A stretch of DNA of 64,000 nucleotides from Octopus vulgaris. Its lineage: Eukaryota. The stretch covers positions 64,914,001-64,978,000 of the forward strand of contig OX597830.1 of NCBI GenBank assembly GCA_951406725.2, in the 5' to 3' direction. Shown here one piece after another: positions 13,131 through 26,049 of the stretch; positions within the stretch are counted from its first letter, which is position 1, and every line of letters starts with the position of its first letter. The notes under the pieces are model-generated. The model was not told the DNA's origin. It ran no database searches and worked only from the letters and a program-made list of their open reading frames with translations. A program made the position numbers and the translations under genes.

Positions 13131-13399
13131 TTTATATTTTATGTGCAATAAATTGGCTACAGTTTCCTTATACACAAAATATTTTGACGATTTCTTCATA
13201 CGATCACTAATATTTAAGTGTCTATAACAGTCCATCCTACAGAAATAGGAATCACAAAGGTCTATAGATAAGAAAATGGTTAAGAATCACTGGACAAAAC
13301 CCTTGAAGGTTTGCCCCAGCATGGACGGCAGGGGTAGAAATGTGGGTAGGGGGTGGTCGTGTCGATATTGGTGCTGATGGTGGTAATTTTAGTATTGCA

Positions 13400-13780
13400 G
13401 TTGGTGGAGGCGAGGAGGTGGCTGTGTTGGTGACGGGTTGATGAGAGAGATGGTTGTGGTGGTGGTGGTGTTCATAATCGCGGGGATGGTGGAGGTATTG
13501 GTGATCGTGGTGGTAGTGGTGGTGGTATTGGAGATGGCAGTGGTGGTGGTGTTATTTGAGGTGGTGGTGGTGGTGGTAGTTGTGGTGATGTTAGTGGTGG
13601 GGATGCTAGTGGTCGTAGCGGTGGAGGGGAAGGTAATGGTGGTGGTGCTGGTGATGGTGGTGGTGCTGGTAATGGTGGTGGTGGTGGTGATAGTGGTAGT
13701 GGTGGCGGTGGTAGTGTCGGTGGTAGTGGTGATGTTGATGGTTGTGATAATGGTGGTGATGGTGGTGCTAGTGATGGTGC

Positions 13781-13819
<39 letters not shown>

Positions 13820-13820
13820 C
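13400..13820 (+). repeat. Degenerate (GGT/GAT/AGT)n trinucleotide tract
   Basis: Low complexity; gives poly-Val, poly-Thr and poly-Pro ORFs in several frames. Confidence 0.9.
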
Positions 13821-14481
13821 AATCGTGATGAGGATCCTTGTTGCTGATACACACAATTCTGTTGTTTTTGTTACTGTTGTTTTTCTCGTCATTCGTGCAA
13901 AAACATCAGCCATACACGCTTTTGTTTCGACTTAATTAATTCCTTTCTTTCTTTCTTTCATTCTTTTTTCCCCAGCTTTCTTTCTTTAATAATAATAATA
14001 ATAATAATAATAATATTTCTTTTGTTTCACTTACTGTATCTTCGTCTTCAATCTATTGTCATGGAAACGGTTGTCAAGTTTACAGCACAGTGCTTGTGTC
14101 ATCTGGCACTGATATCGCCAGCAGTGACAAGAGGTTTCCTCGTTTTTATTGGTATTTTTATTTTTATGTTTCTATGGTTTGTTTGTTGCAAGCTTTTTCG
14201 TCATTGGTTAACATTGTTATGTTGTCATGGTTACCTGATCTGACGCTTTCGGCCATTTTCTTTTTCTTTTTACAACAGCCAGATATTTTCTACAGCTGTA
14301 TACACAAGCGTGCGCAAGCACACACACACGCACACATACACACAATTACCCGTATACGTATGCATATACACATGAGCGCTTACATACATTAACACATTCA
14401 CTTATACACACCCACCAACACATGCACATGCACCCTGCATCTGCACATATGCAATGTACATATACACACACTCTCGCATAT

Positions 14482-14547
<66 letters not shown>

Positions 14548-14560
14548 GTATATATATGTA

Positions 14561-14890
14561 TATATGAAACAAGATTTGAAAATGCAATTTTAAAGATGTT
14601 TATTCACTTGACCGGTTTCACTTTTTTAGAAAAAGATTGTCAAAAGTGAAATGTAAAGCTTTGTATAAGCTTTGTTGTGTTAAGTACTGGCTGTCACAAA
14701 AGTATTAAAATACAGATATACATTCTTTGAAATAAGAAAATGTTAAAAACATTTACATTTTACTTTTGACAATCTTTTTCTAAAGAAGTGAAACCGGTCA
14801 AGTGAATAAACGTCTTTAAAATTGCATTTTCAAACCTTCTTTCATATATATTTCCACTCGTGATGTACCTTACAATTTCACTTTGTTATG
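14561..14890 (+). mobile_element. Fold-back element (~97-bp inverted arms plus unique tail) in (TA)n, with hammerhead-like remnant
   Basis: 14561-14657 is inverted relative to 14752-14850; right arm has CTAAAGA-AGT-GAAA-CCGG-TC (14780-14799) then AATAAA (14805-14810). Confidence 0.75.
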
Positions 14891-14925
14891 TATATAGATA
14901 TACACACACATATATATATATATAC

Positions 14926-14958
<33 letters not shown>

Positions 14959-14967
14959 TATACATAA

Positions 14968-15066
<99 letters not shown>

Positions 15067-15067
15067 T

Positions 15068-15381
15068 GTGGAGGCGCAATGGCCTAGTGGTTAGGGCAGC
15101 GGATTCGCGGTCGTAGGATCGCGGTTTCGATTCCCAGACTGGGCGTTGTGAGTGTTTATTGAGCGAAAACACCGAAAGCTCCACGAGGCTCCGGCAGGGG
15201 AGTGGTGGCGATCCCTGCTGTACTCTTTCGCCACAACTTTCTCTCACTCTTTCTTCTGTTGGCCTGCTCGCTTAGCCAGCGGGGTGGCGTCATTTGAAGG
15301 CTAAAGCAATGCGAAGCGCATTGTGACCAGCGATGTGTAACAACATCTGATGGCCTGGTCGGTCACGGTGATCACGGTGAT
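15068..15381 (+). mobile_element. SINE family C (tRNA-derived), full length, in (TA)n
   Basis: gtggaggcgcaatggcctagtggttagggcagcgg...ggtttcgattccc (A and B boxes); ends tcacggtgatcacggtgat; related copies at 22264-22564(-) and 48769(+). Confidence 0.92.
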
Positions 15382-15440
15382 ATACACATATATATGTGTG
15401 TGTGTGTGTGTGTGTGTATTTATATGTATATATATATATG

Positions 15441-15475
<35 letters not shown>

Positions 15476-15612
15476 ATGCGCGCGTGTGTATATGTGTACA
15501 TTGTACATGTACAGATGCAGGTGTATGTACATGTACAGGTGGGTGATTTGCCATGTTGGACCTCTGAAATCTACAAGCTTTTTGCATTCCTTCTTTGTTC
15601 GTTGTGTCTTAT

Positions 15613-15650
15613 TCATTCTGCTGAAAAGCGTGGGCTCGAAACGTAAGGGA
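15613..15650 (+). ncRNA. Degenerate minimal hammerhead-ribozyme-like motif (PLE type)
   Basis: CTGCTGA-A-AAGC-GTGG-GCTC-GAAA-CG-TA; the core and stems carry mismatches. Confidence 0.4.
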
Positions 15651-15679
15651 CTTTTTGATTTTCCTGGGCCATCATAAAG

Positions 15680-16056
15680 AATTGCAGCGTGGAAGGTGTT
15701 TATAAGCCATTGAAAAACACACAAAAACCGTTAGATTCACTTCAACATTTAAACTTAATCTGCCAAAATATCTTCGTCGCTTTGAAACCTCGGCCTGTTC
15801 ACTGACAACATTTGAGACTGCGAACTGTTCACAGACAAAATTCTGTGTTGAGATGCAGCACGGAATTTTATCAGTGAACAGGTCGCGGTCTCAAAGCGAC
15901 GAAAATATTTTGGCAAATTAAATTTACATGTTGAAGTGAAAATTTAACGGCTTTAGTGTGCTTTTAAATGGCTTATAAACACCTTCCACGCTGCAATTGT
16001 GTTTGTTTCATCACACAATCTCAGAGCAGGTCACCTACTATGCTAGTACATCTCTG

Positions 16057-16060
<4 letters not shown>
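15680..16060 (+). mobile_element. Fold-back element (~145-bp inverted arms plus unique tail ending at (TA)n)
   Basis: aattgcagcgtggaaggtgtttataagccatt (15680) is inverted at aatggcttataaacaccttccacgctgcaatt (ends 15998); the arms match throughout with scattered mismatches. Confidence 0.8.
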
Positions 16061-16091
<31 letters not shown>

Positions 16092-16169
16092 CTTACATAC
16101 ATGCATACATACATACATACATACATGCATGCATGCATACATACATACATACATACATACATACATACA

Positions 16170-16203
<34 letters not shown>

Positions 16204-16260
16204 CATACATACATACATACATTCACGCACGCATAGAAACACTAATATGAATACCTCTTC

Positions 16261-16470
16261 AAGGCGGCGAGCTGGCAGAATCGTTAGCACGTCGGGCGAA
16301 ATGCTTAGCGGTATTTCGTCTGTCATTACGTTCTTATTTCAAATTCCGCCGAGGTCGACTTTGCCTTTCATCGTTTCGGGGTCGATAAATTAAGTACCAG
16401 TTGCATACTGGAGTCGACTGGTACTCTACCCAAAAATTTCGGGCATGCAGCCTCGAGTAGAAAGAAATAT
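16261..16470 (+). mobile_element. SINE family A, full copy
   Basis: Standard head and core; variant tail shared with 24722-24886. Confidence 0.9.
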
Positions 16471-16561
16471 ATTATTATTATTATTATTACTACTACTACT
16501 ATTATTATTATTATTATTATTGTTATTATTATTGTTATTATTATTGTTATTATTATTGTTA

Positions 16562-16720
16562 TCTTTTTTTTCTTCTTTCAAATTTGCTTCCATTTCTTGC
16601 CGAGTGTCTTCCCGACTCCTAGGGCAAAGAAACTTATAGTATACATTGGTAGGCCATTAAACTAAACTCACTAGTTCGTTCTTTTTTTTTAAGGTAAATT
16701 AAAATACATGGGTAGTAATA
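16562..16720 (-). mobile_element. Unclassified interspersed repeat in (TAA)n (family E)
   Basis: Diverged inverted copy at ~23155-23290 (gaagacactcgg.aagaaatggaa.caaa..tgaaagaagaaaa). Confidence 0.55.
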
Positions 16721-16743
16721 GTTCTTTATTATTATTATTATTA

Positions 16744-16857
<114 letters not shown>

Positions 16858-16861
16858 TTCA

Positions 16862-16904
<43 letters not shown>

Positions 16905-16938
16905 TATTATTATTATCATTATTATTATTATAATTATA

Positions 16939-17011
<73 letters not shown>

Positions 17012-17014
<3 letters not shown>

Positions 17015-17228
17015 CGGCGGGCTGACAATCGTTAGCACATCGGGCGAAATACTTAGCGGTATTTCGTCTGTCTCTACGTTCTGAGTTCAAATTCCGCGAA
17101 GGTCGACTTTACCTTTCATCGTTTCGGGGTCGATAAATTAAGTACCAGTTGCATACTGGGGTCGATCCAATTGATCACCCCACGCCCAATAAAACTTCGG
17201 GCTCTCTGCCTAGAGAAGAAAAGAATAT
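17012..17228 (+). mobile_element. SINE family A
   Basis: Head, core and gtagaaaagaat-type tail, downstream of (ATT)n 16725-17010. Confidence 0.88.
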
Positions 17229-17712
17229 GAATAGCTTTTCGAATATCAAAGAGGAAGAAGATAATCACGAGCAACTCCTTCCAAAGCATTGGCTTCTCTA
17301 CCAGGAATTTAAATTCACATATAAACCAATAATAAATATCATGATTATAATTGCAATTGCCCCAACAATTGTAATTACTGCACATGGTTTTGTGAGAAAA
17401 TGCCGATGTGACAATATGGAAAAATCTAGTTTTTTCGGGGGAAAAAAATTAAGCCCTCATTTTGCACAATACAGGCACAGACAGTAAGGGGAACATTACA
17501 AATATGGAAGGTTTTCCAAATTTGAACATGCGATAATGATTTTATGTTATTAACACTTCAACGAAGGAACTCTGGGTTTCATAGAAACTAAGTCCTTTCC
17601 CATGTATATATATATATGTATATATATATATACATGCATATGCATACTTATATATATATGTGTCCGTGCTTGTGCGTGTGTGTGTTTTATATATCAATAT
17701 AGAGATAGATAA

Positions 17713-17766
<54 letters not shown>

Positions 17767-18187
17767 GGATAGATAAATAGACAGACAGACAGATTCTTTC
17801 AATGTTGATATATTCTGTCGTTTCATTACATATAATTCGCTTTGAAGAGTTCTTTCTGGGTTACAAGGAGAGGAATGTGAGAAATTTGTTAAGGAATTCA
17901 GGACCACAGACTACGAAGTATTGTCTGACATACATCCAATGACACACACACACACACGCACACACATACACTGGCGCGCGCACACACACACACATACACA
18001 CACACACATACAATCATATGCGTGCACCTACACAAACATAAGCATTTACATGTCCTAGGGCAGTATCAAAGTTTGTTCGGAAGAGTCCCTTTAAGGCAAA
18101 CGTGTCTTCATTGACATTGCTAATCGCTCCGAGCGTAGAACTTCATATGTGCGCGTGTGTGTGTGTGTATGTATGTACATACATATA

Positions 18188-18760
18188 TATATATATAAAA
18201 CTGAGAATGTGTGTCTGTCTGTCTGTCTGTGTGTTCCCTAAAACTTGAGAACTACACAACCAATTTCATTCAAATTTTACACACGCTTTACTTAGAGTCC
18301 ATGTAGTCTCATGGGCAAAAAATGTTCAACTTCTTGCCTAGGGCGAGCCCATAGCAATATCATATCTTCTCCACTATTTCAGTATTACGTGTTAAAAGTG
18401 AAACAAAAACATTTCTCTATTTTATGTCAGATGCTTTCACTTTAACAATAAAAATTAGAGATAATAATAACAATTGAATTATATGTAGTAAGTAATAATC
18501 AAAATCAAACTAAAGTATAATATAATCGTAACATAACAAAAGTAAAAATAGCAATTAGTATAAAATTGCATCAATGACTTGAACTTGAATAAGTGGTTTC
18601 ACATGAATGGGAATAAATTAAAAATAAAATTAGCGTGCAGAAATAGAATAGTCCAGATGGAGCTGTGCACATACCGTTTACCACGGCTTTTACATTAGAT
18701 TATCTGCTAATTAGCTAGCATTAAGTATCTATATGAAGTTTGGCTGTATGTAATGTCTTT
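18188..18760 (+). mobile_element. Non-autonomous Helitron-like element, 5' part
   Basis: tatatataaaactgagaatgtgtg(tctg)n...accaatttcattcaaatttt, same organisation as the 5' end of 42875-43254. Confidence 0.55.
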
Positions 18761-18769
18761 TTCTCGAAC

Positions 18770-19590
18770 AGCCGCTTCTACTGAGTACTGCTGTTGGTTT
18801 ATTTCTTATACATGAAGGACTGTAGTTTCAACTGCGTACTACTTTTTGATTCACCGTAAGGTTTGTTGTTATTATTATTACTGTTTAACTATTGTTATCC
18901 CGTTTGTTGGTTTCTTGTAAGGGAAACGTTGTTGTGTTGCATTTGTTAAATAATTGTAAACTGTAACCCTCCCCCTTTGGGAGAAGGAGCTTTGGTTACT
19001 GTTTAAAAATTGAAATGTGTCCTGTTTGGGAAAATTGACAATATTTTCACCGTTTACACGGAAGCATTATTGTTAGAATGTCTTCGATAGAAGAAAGTCC
19101 AAAAATGAATTTCGCTGCAGCCGTCGGCGGGCGCGAACTCATTAAAATTAAAATGGAAGAAATACAAACCTATTTCGGATTGATCACCGACAAAGACGGT
19201 GAATCTAGGATAACACCACCAAACGAAATAAACAATTAAATTAAAGAAAAGACTATTGTCTATAAAGTATACAATGTAGAGAAAAAAATTTTGAACACCT
19301 GGAGGAAAGCACCTTCGAAAAGTGTCTTGGTGCGACTATGAAAGATATCTAACCAGAGGCAGTAAATTCGCCACAATAGAAGCAAGGTTCGAGTCAACGG
19401 AGCGTGCAAGGGAGTACTCGACTAGAACCTTGCAAAGTGGAAATATTTTATTTTTACCTTTATATCTGGGACGTAGGATGTCCCGGATAAAAATTTAAAA
19501 TGTCCCCCCGGAAGTAGAGGTAGGCTGGATTGTAGCCACACTTCTATACAAGAGGGAGGACAAGATACAATTGATCGAAATTGCAAGAGA
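18770..19590 (+). pseudogene. 5'UTR and disrupted ORF1 of a second L1/Tx1-type LINE
   Basis: Translates ATIEARFESTERAREYS...LPLYLGRRMSRIKI*NVPPEV, homologous to NVEVRFASEEKARE*S...LPTYIGRMTSRINVTEVPPEV at ~9120-9260. Confidence 0.75.
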
Positions 19591-19776
19591 CGGGCCTACA
19601 ATTCCAGTCTGTTATATATTTTGAGTATTGTTATCACTAGCGATATCAAGATATAACTTTGTATTTTGTATTTTATGTGTAGATGTATATATATATAGAT
19701 GTGCATGTAATATGTACACATATATATACACATATATACATGCACTAGCACTATGACCCGGCAGGTCATAATGCTA

Positions 19777-19829
<53 letters not shown>

Positions 19830-20609
19830 CTGAGTTTTATTTCAAGATTTCTTGCCAATAGAGAAAGAACCAGTATCTACCCTAGATCCAAGGTTACTTC
19901 ATTCGAATTTCAACATCAAAAACAGGGTATTTTTGTTTGTGTATATGTACGTGTCTCTTTCATTTTTTACTTTTTATAAATCTTCCACTGAGGAGGGAGT
20001 CGGTTTCCGACAAAGATATTGGGCTCCATTTTTGTGATGTAGTTAACGCAGGCAAATTCACATTTGGAACTTGAGAAAAATTTTGCATATTTTTGCTGTT
20101 CGTCTCACAGACTGGACTTGTAATGTACGAATCAGCCGATCAGTTTCTCTTTCTGAAAATCCCAGTTTTTCTAGATTCTCCTATAAGCATTTACTAACAA
20201 AACCCAATGCTCCAATTATTTTTGGTATGAATATAGAAGCTGGATGTTTCGAAGTAGTTGTCCATAGATATCCTCTATTTCTTTGATTTTGAAAGAGATA
20301 TTTATATCTGCCAAAGCAGCTGGCCTCTATCATACGCATGTATGTTTGTATGTATATATGTATGTATGTATGTACGTACGTACGTATGTATGTATGTATG
20401 TATGTATGTATGTATGTATGTATACATGCATGTATGTATGCATGTATGTATGTAAGTTCTCTCAAATGGTATTTATTTTATCAACGTGGAAATGATAAAA
20501 GGCAGAGTCGATCTCGGTGGAATTTGAACTCAGAAAGTATAGACAGAGGAAATAATGCTAAACATTTTGCCCGGCGTTCTAACGATTCTGCTAGCCCATT
20601 ACCTTCATG

Positions 20610-20751
<142 letters not shown>

Positions 20752-20752
20752 C

Positions 20753-20784
<32 letters not shown>

Positions 20785-21729
20785 TAATGGCTTCAGAGAA
20801 ATTTGAGCCAAAGGACAAAAGCACACGTTGTAATGTGTTAATTTTTTAAAAATAGATTCAGTTCCTGGATAGCGCCCATTCTGGGGCACCCGCCACCAGT
20901 TCATTTGCATTCTCTGCAACATTCGATGCTTAATGTCTTAAGATGAAATCAATAATTTTCCGGGAATAGTTTCTTCTATTATTAAAATCTCTCGTTTGAG
21001 TAATTAAATTTCTTTTTTCGGAAGAATAATTACGACAATGAAGGAACGCTATTTATAGAACCGCGTTTACCATTTATTTTGTATTTCATTTCCACGATTT
21101 TCTTCCTAAGGAATTTCTAGTTTGGCACACGCCCAGAAGTTGAAAGGAACGTTACAAACTATTTAGCAATATTTGAAAAGGAAGACTGCAAAATATTTTA
21201 GAACTTAAGAGAAGCTCTGAAAAATCCATAACTATTAAATTTTCAGTTTAGTTGATAAGTACATGCAGTAAACAATTTCAGGGAATTCAATCAGTGAAAA
21301 ATGTTCCTCTTTATCATTTAATAGGTAATCATGTACATACACAATTCTATGTATGTATGTATGTATGTATGTATGTATGTATGTATGTATGTATGTACAG
21401 GTATGAGAGTACGTAGCCTAACAGTTAGCGTGTTGCACTCACAATTGTGCGATCGGGGTTTAAATGTTTAGAACCGGGTGGTACATTGTGTTCTTGAGCA
21501 AAACACCTCATATCCCGTTGCTCTGCAATTACTTCGACACGTGGGTTGTGGAACGTTGTGCACCTGTTCAGGTAACATTTGATGGAGGGGGTAAACTGAT
21601 GCACAGGAAGAGCTTTGATCACTATAAACAAAGAATTTGTGCAAGATATGGCAGAGTCGTCTTTCTCGGACTATAAGGGGCTACCATCAATGCATGTACG
21701 AATGTAAATGTTTCTTTTGAAGTCAACAC

Positions 21730-21788
<59 letters not shown>

Positions 21789-21859
21789 TAGATAAATAGA
21801 TAGATTGATAGATATAGATATATATAGATATATATAGATATATATAGATATGTATATAC

Positions 21860-21910
<51 letters not shown>

Positions 21911-21960
21911 ATATATATATATATGTATATATATGTATATAATATATAGATATATGTATA

Positions 21961-22068
<108 letters not shown>

Positions 22069-22230
22069 TATGTGTGTGTGTGAGGGTATGTGTGTAGAAA
22101 GAAAGAATCTAGCATAACATTTGGTGGTTATAGAACTTAGGATCACTCAATTCTTTTAGCAGAATACATATGAAATTTTAAAAAAAATCTTTGATTCATT
22201 TTGAAATTCCTATCATCCTCTCATAAAAGT

Positions 22231-22263
<33 letters not shown>

Positions 22264-22268
<5 letters not shown>

Positions 22269-22564
22269 CGTGATCACCGTGACCGACCAGGCTATCAGAT
22301 GTTGCTACACATCGCTGGTCACAATGCGCTTCGCATTGTTTTAGCCTTCAAATGATGCCACCCTGCTGGCTTCCCGAGCAGGCCAAAAGAAGAAAGAGTG
22401 AGAGAAAGTTATGGCGAAAGAGTACAGTAGAGATCGCCACCCCACCCCTTGCCGGAGCCTCGTGGCGCTTTTAGCTGTTTTCGCTCAATAAACACTCACA
22501 ATGCCCGGTCTGGGGATCGAAACCGCGAATCCGCTGCCGTAGCTACTGGGTCATTGCGCCTCCA
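22264..22564 (-). mobile_element. SINE family C, full length
   Basis: Reverse complement of 15068-15381 with a small head deletion; flanked by TA repeats. Confidence 0.9.
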
Positions 22565-22604
22565 TATATATGTATAAGAGACAGGTAGCCTGTTTTGTCT
22601 CGTG

Positions 22605-22667
<63 letters not shown>

Positions 22668-22690
22668 TCTTCTTCTTCTTCTTCTTCTTC

Positions 22691-22764
<74 letters not shown>

Positions 22765-22903
22765 TGGTCACCGGTGCGTAACTCATATTTCTTTCATCGA
22801 TCCCGAAACGATGGAAGGCTAGCTCGATCGCGGCGGAATTTGAACTCAGAAATATCGCTAAGCATTTCGCCCGGCCTGCTAATGATCTTACCAGCTCGCT
22901 GCT

Positions 22904-23041
<138 letters not shown>

Positions 23042-23064
23042 TTAATAATAATAATAATAATAAT

Positions 23065-23151
<87 letters not shown>

Positions 23152-23287
23152 ACTACTACTTTCGCTATCACATAACTTTGTAGATGAAGTTTATTTTAAT
23201 GACCTAATGATGTATACAGTATATTTCTTTACCATAGGTGTCAGGAAGACACTCGGTAAGAAATGGAAACAAAAGTGAAAGAAGAAA

Positions 23288-23320
<33 letters not shown>

Positions 23321-23371
23321 ATGATGATGATGATGATGATGATGACGACGACAATAATAATAATAATAATA

Positions 23372-23850
23372 AATGGCCTACAGCAAATATTCTGCTCAAT
23401 TTGTCTTGATATAAAAATGGGCTACAACAATTATTCTGCTCAGTACAACAGATATGATTGTCAGTCGTTTGACTTTAACCAGTTGACGATATGTGAATCT
23501 CTGATCACGAGCAGAAGTAGTGGGGGAACATCATAGCCAAGTGTTGAGAGGAATTTTGCGGGGTTTGGATAATTCACTTGGAAACATGGGTGTGTCGTTC
23601 AACATCCTTAAACAACCCTTATTCAGGGACCTTTTGAACGGGATGGCTACTCAAGAACAATTCTAACTGGGCCCCACCTGCAAGGTCATGTGCTGCTTAT
23701 CTTGATATGAGATCACTATGTCGCATACACATGGTTATGATGCATGTACCTGGTCTACCCTCATGAGACGGTTAGTCATAATGGGTATACTGTGCTTCGT
23801 ATATTTTACCCCAGTGTCACTTCTGATGGCATGTGCTGCTCCCTCACTCA
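23372..23850 (+). mobile_element. Non-coding (TAA)n-associated interspersed element (family F)
   Basis: Colinear with the reverse complement of 27143-27692; ends gctccctcactc-(AAT)n. Confidence 0.8.
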
Positions 23851-23856
23851 ATAATG

Positions 23857-23983
<127 letters not shown>

Positions 23984-24006
23984 TAATAATAATAATAATA
24001 ATAATA

Positions 24007-24047
<41 letters not shown>

Positions 24048-24049
<2 letters not shown>

Positions 24050-24614
24050 CAGAGTTGGAACCTACATACATTGTAAGCTATGCCAACATTATGGAATAAC
24101 AACAGAAAAAAGATGGTATAGGCACACACCAGAAAAGGTCACAGAAAACGAGAAAGCAACCATACTCTGGGATATGCCGATACACACAGATAGAGAAATT
24201 AAGGCCAACAAGACCAGATATAGTTGTCAGAGACCATGAAGAAAAAAAATGCTTTCTAATTGATGTATCAATACCGGCTGATGATAACCTGTCTCTAAAA
24301 GAAATGGAGAAACTCTCAAAATACAAAGACCTGGAAATAGAGGTAACTAGAATGTGGAATCTGAAAACAGAAACAATTCCTATCATAGTAGGTGCATTAG
24401 GCATGATAAAAAATATTCAGACAAATACATAACAAAAATACCAGGACTTACAAACACATATAACATACAGAAAATTGCACTACTAGGCACTGCACACATC
24501 CTACGCAGAACACTTTCCATACAATAACCATCAGAGCATCACAGCACATACCCAAGGCACACAAAGCTGCGCTCGGTAGTGAAGTGAAAGCACACTATAA
24601 AAATAAAACTACTG
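24048..24614 (+). mobile_element. R4/Dong-clade non-LTR retrotransposon 3' fragment (restriction-like endonuclease) in (TAA)n
   Basis: ILWDMPIHTDREIKAN-RPDIVV...CFLIDVSIP...KEMEKLSKYKDLEIEVTRMW...IPIIVGALG...QKIALLGTAHILRRTL* (stop 24525-24527), with frameshifts; flanked on both sides by (TAA)n. Confidence 0.88.
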
Positions 24615-24645
24615 AATAATAATAATAATAATAATAATGATGATG

Positions 24646-24720
<75 letters not shown>

Positions 24721-24721
24721 T

Positions 24722-24886
24722 ATTTCTTTCTACTCGAGGCTGCATGCCCGAAATTTTTGGGTAGAGTACCAGTCGACTCCAGTATGCAACTGGTACTTAA
24801 TTTATCGACCCCGGAACGATGAAAGACAAAGTCGAACCCGGCGGAATTTGAAATCAGAACGTAATGACAGACGAAATACCGCTTAG
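24722..24886 (-). mobile_element. SINE family A, 5'-truncated
   Basis: Near-identical inverted copy of ~16303-16470. Confidence 0.88.
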
Positions 24887-24913
24887 TGCTCCCTCACTCA
24901 ATAATGATAATAA

Positions 24914-24994
<81 letters not shown>

Positions 24995-25275
24995 GAAGAA
25001 GAAGAAGAAGAAGAAGAAGAAGAAGAAGAAGAAGAAGAAGAAGAAGAATGCTTTTTAGTTTAGGCACAACACCTGAAACTTTTGGGGAGAGGAACAGTCG
25101 ATTACATAGACCCCAATACTCAATCAGTACATTATTTCATCCGTCATCATATTCTGGTCGACTTACCATTTCATCTTTCGGAATCGATAAAATACGTACA
25201 AATAAAGTATTGGGGTCGATGCAATCGACTATCTCCCTACCCTAAAATGGCTGTCATTGTACTAAAAAAATAAGA

Positions 25276-25291
25276 AATTATTATTATAATG

Positions 25292-25331
<40 letters not shown>

Positions 25332-25463
25332 TAATTATTATTTTTATCATTATTATTATTATTATTAATATTATTATTATTATTATTATGATTATTATTA
25401 TTATTATTATTATTATTATCATTATTATCATTATTATTATTATTATTATTATTGTCATTATTA

Positions 25464-25521
<58 letters not shown>

Positions 25522-25535
25522 CATTATTATCATCA

Positions 25536-25599
<64 letters not shown>

Positions 25600-25613
25600 C
25601 ATTATTATCATCA

Positions 25614-25665
<52 letters not shown>

Positions 25666-25673
25666 CATTATTA

Positions 25674-25722
<49 letters not shown>

Positions 25723-25736
25723 CATTATTATCATCA

Positions 25737-25788
<52 letters not shown>

Positions 25789-25835
25789 CATTATTATCAT
25801 TATTATTATTATTATTATTATTATTGTCATTATTA

Positions 25836-25869
<34 letters not shown>

Positions 25870-25883
25870 CATTATTATCATCA

Positions 25884-25929
<46 letters not shown>

Positions 25930-25934
25930 CATCA

Positions 25935-25986
<52 letters not shown>

Positions 25987-26008
25987 CATCATTATTATTA
26001 TTATTATT
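25276..26008 (+). repeat. ~730-bp (ATT)n microsatellite with periodic ATC interruptions
   Basis: Direct reading; source of the poly-Ile/poly-Leu ORFs. Confidence 0.97.
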
Positions 26009-26049
26009 CGTGCGGCTGTTTTGTACTAATGAGTGCAGTTGTGCTTAAG

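Noticed and set aside
15068-15145. tRNA gene
   Set aside because: A and B boxes are present, but the sequence continues into a SINE body and recurs in the window; it is a tRNA-derived SINE head.
25237-26048. Poly-Ile/Leu membrane-like ORFs (and all poly-YI, poly-N, poly-CV ORFs in the track)
   Set aside because: Translations of (ATT)n, (TA)n and (TG)n microsatellites.
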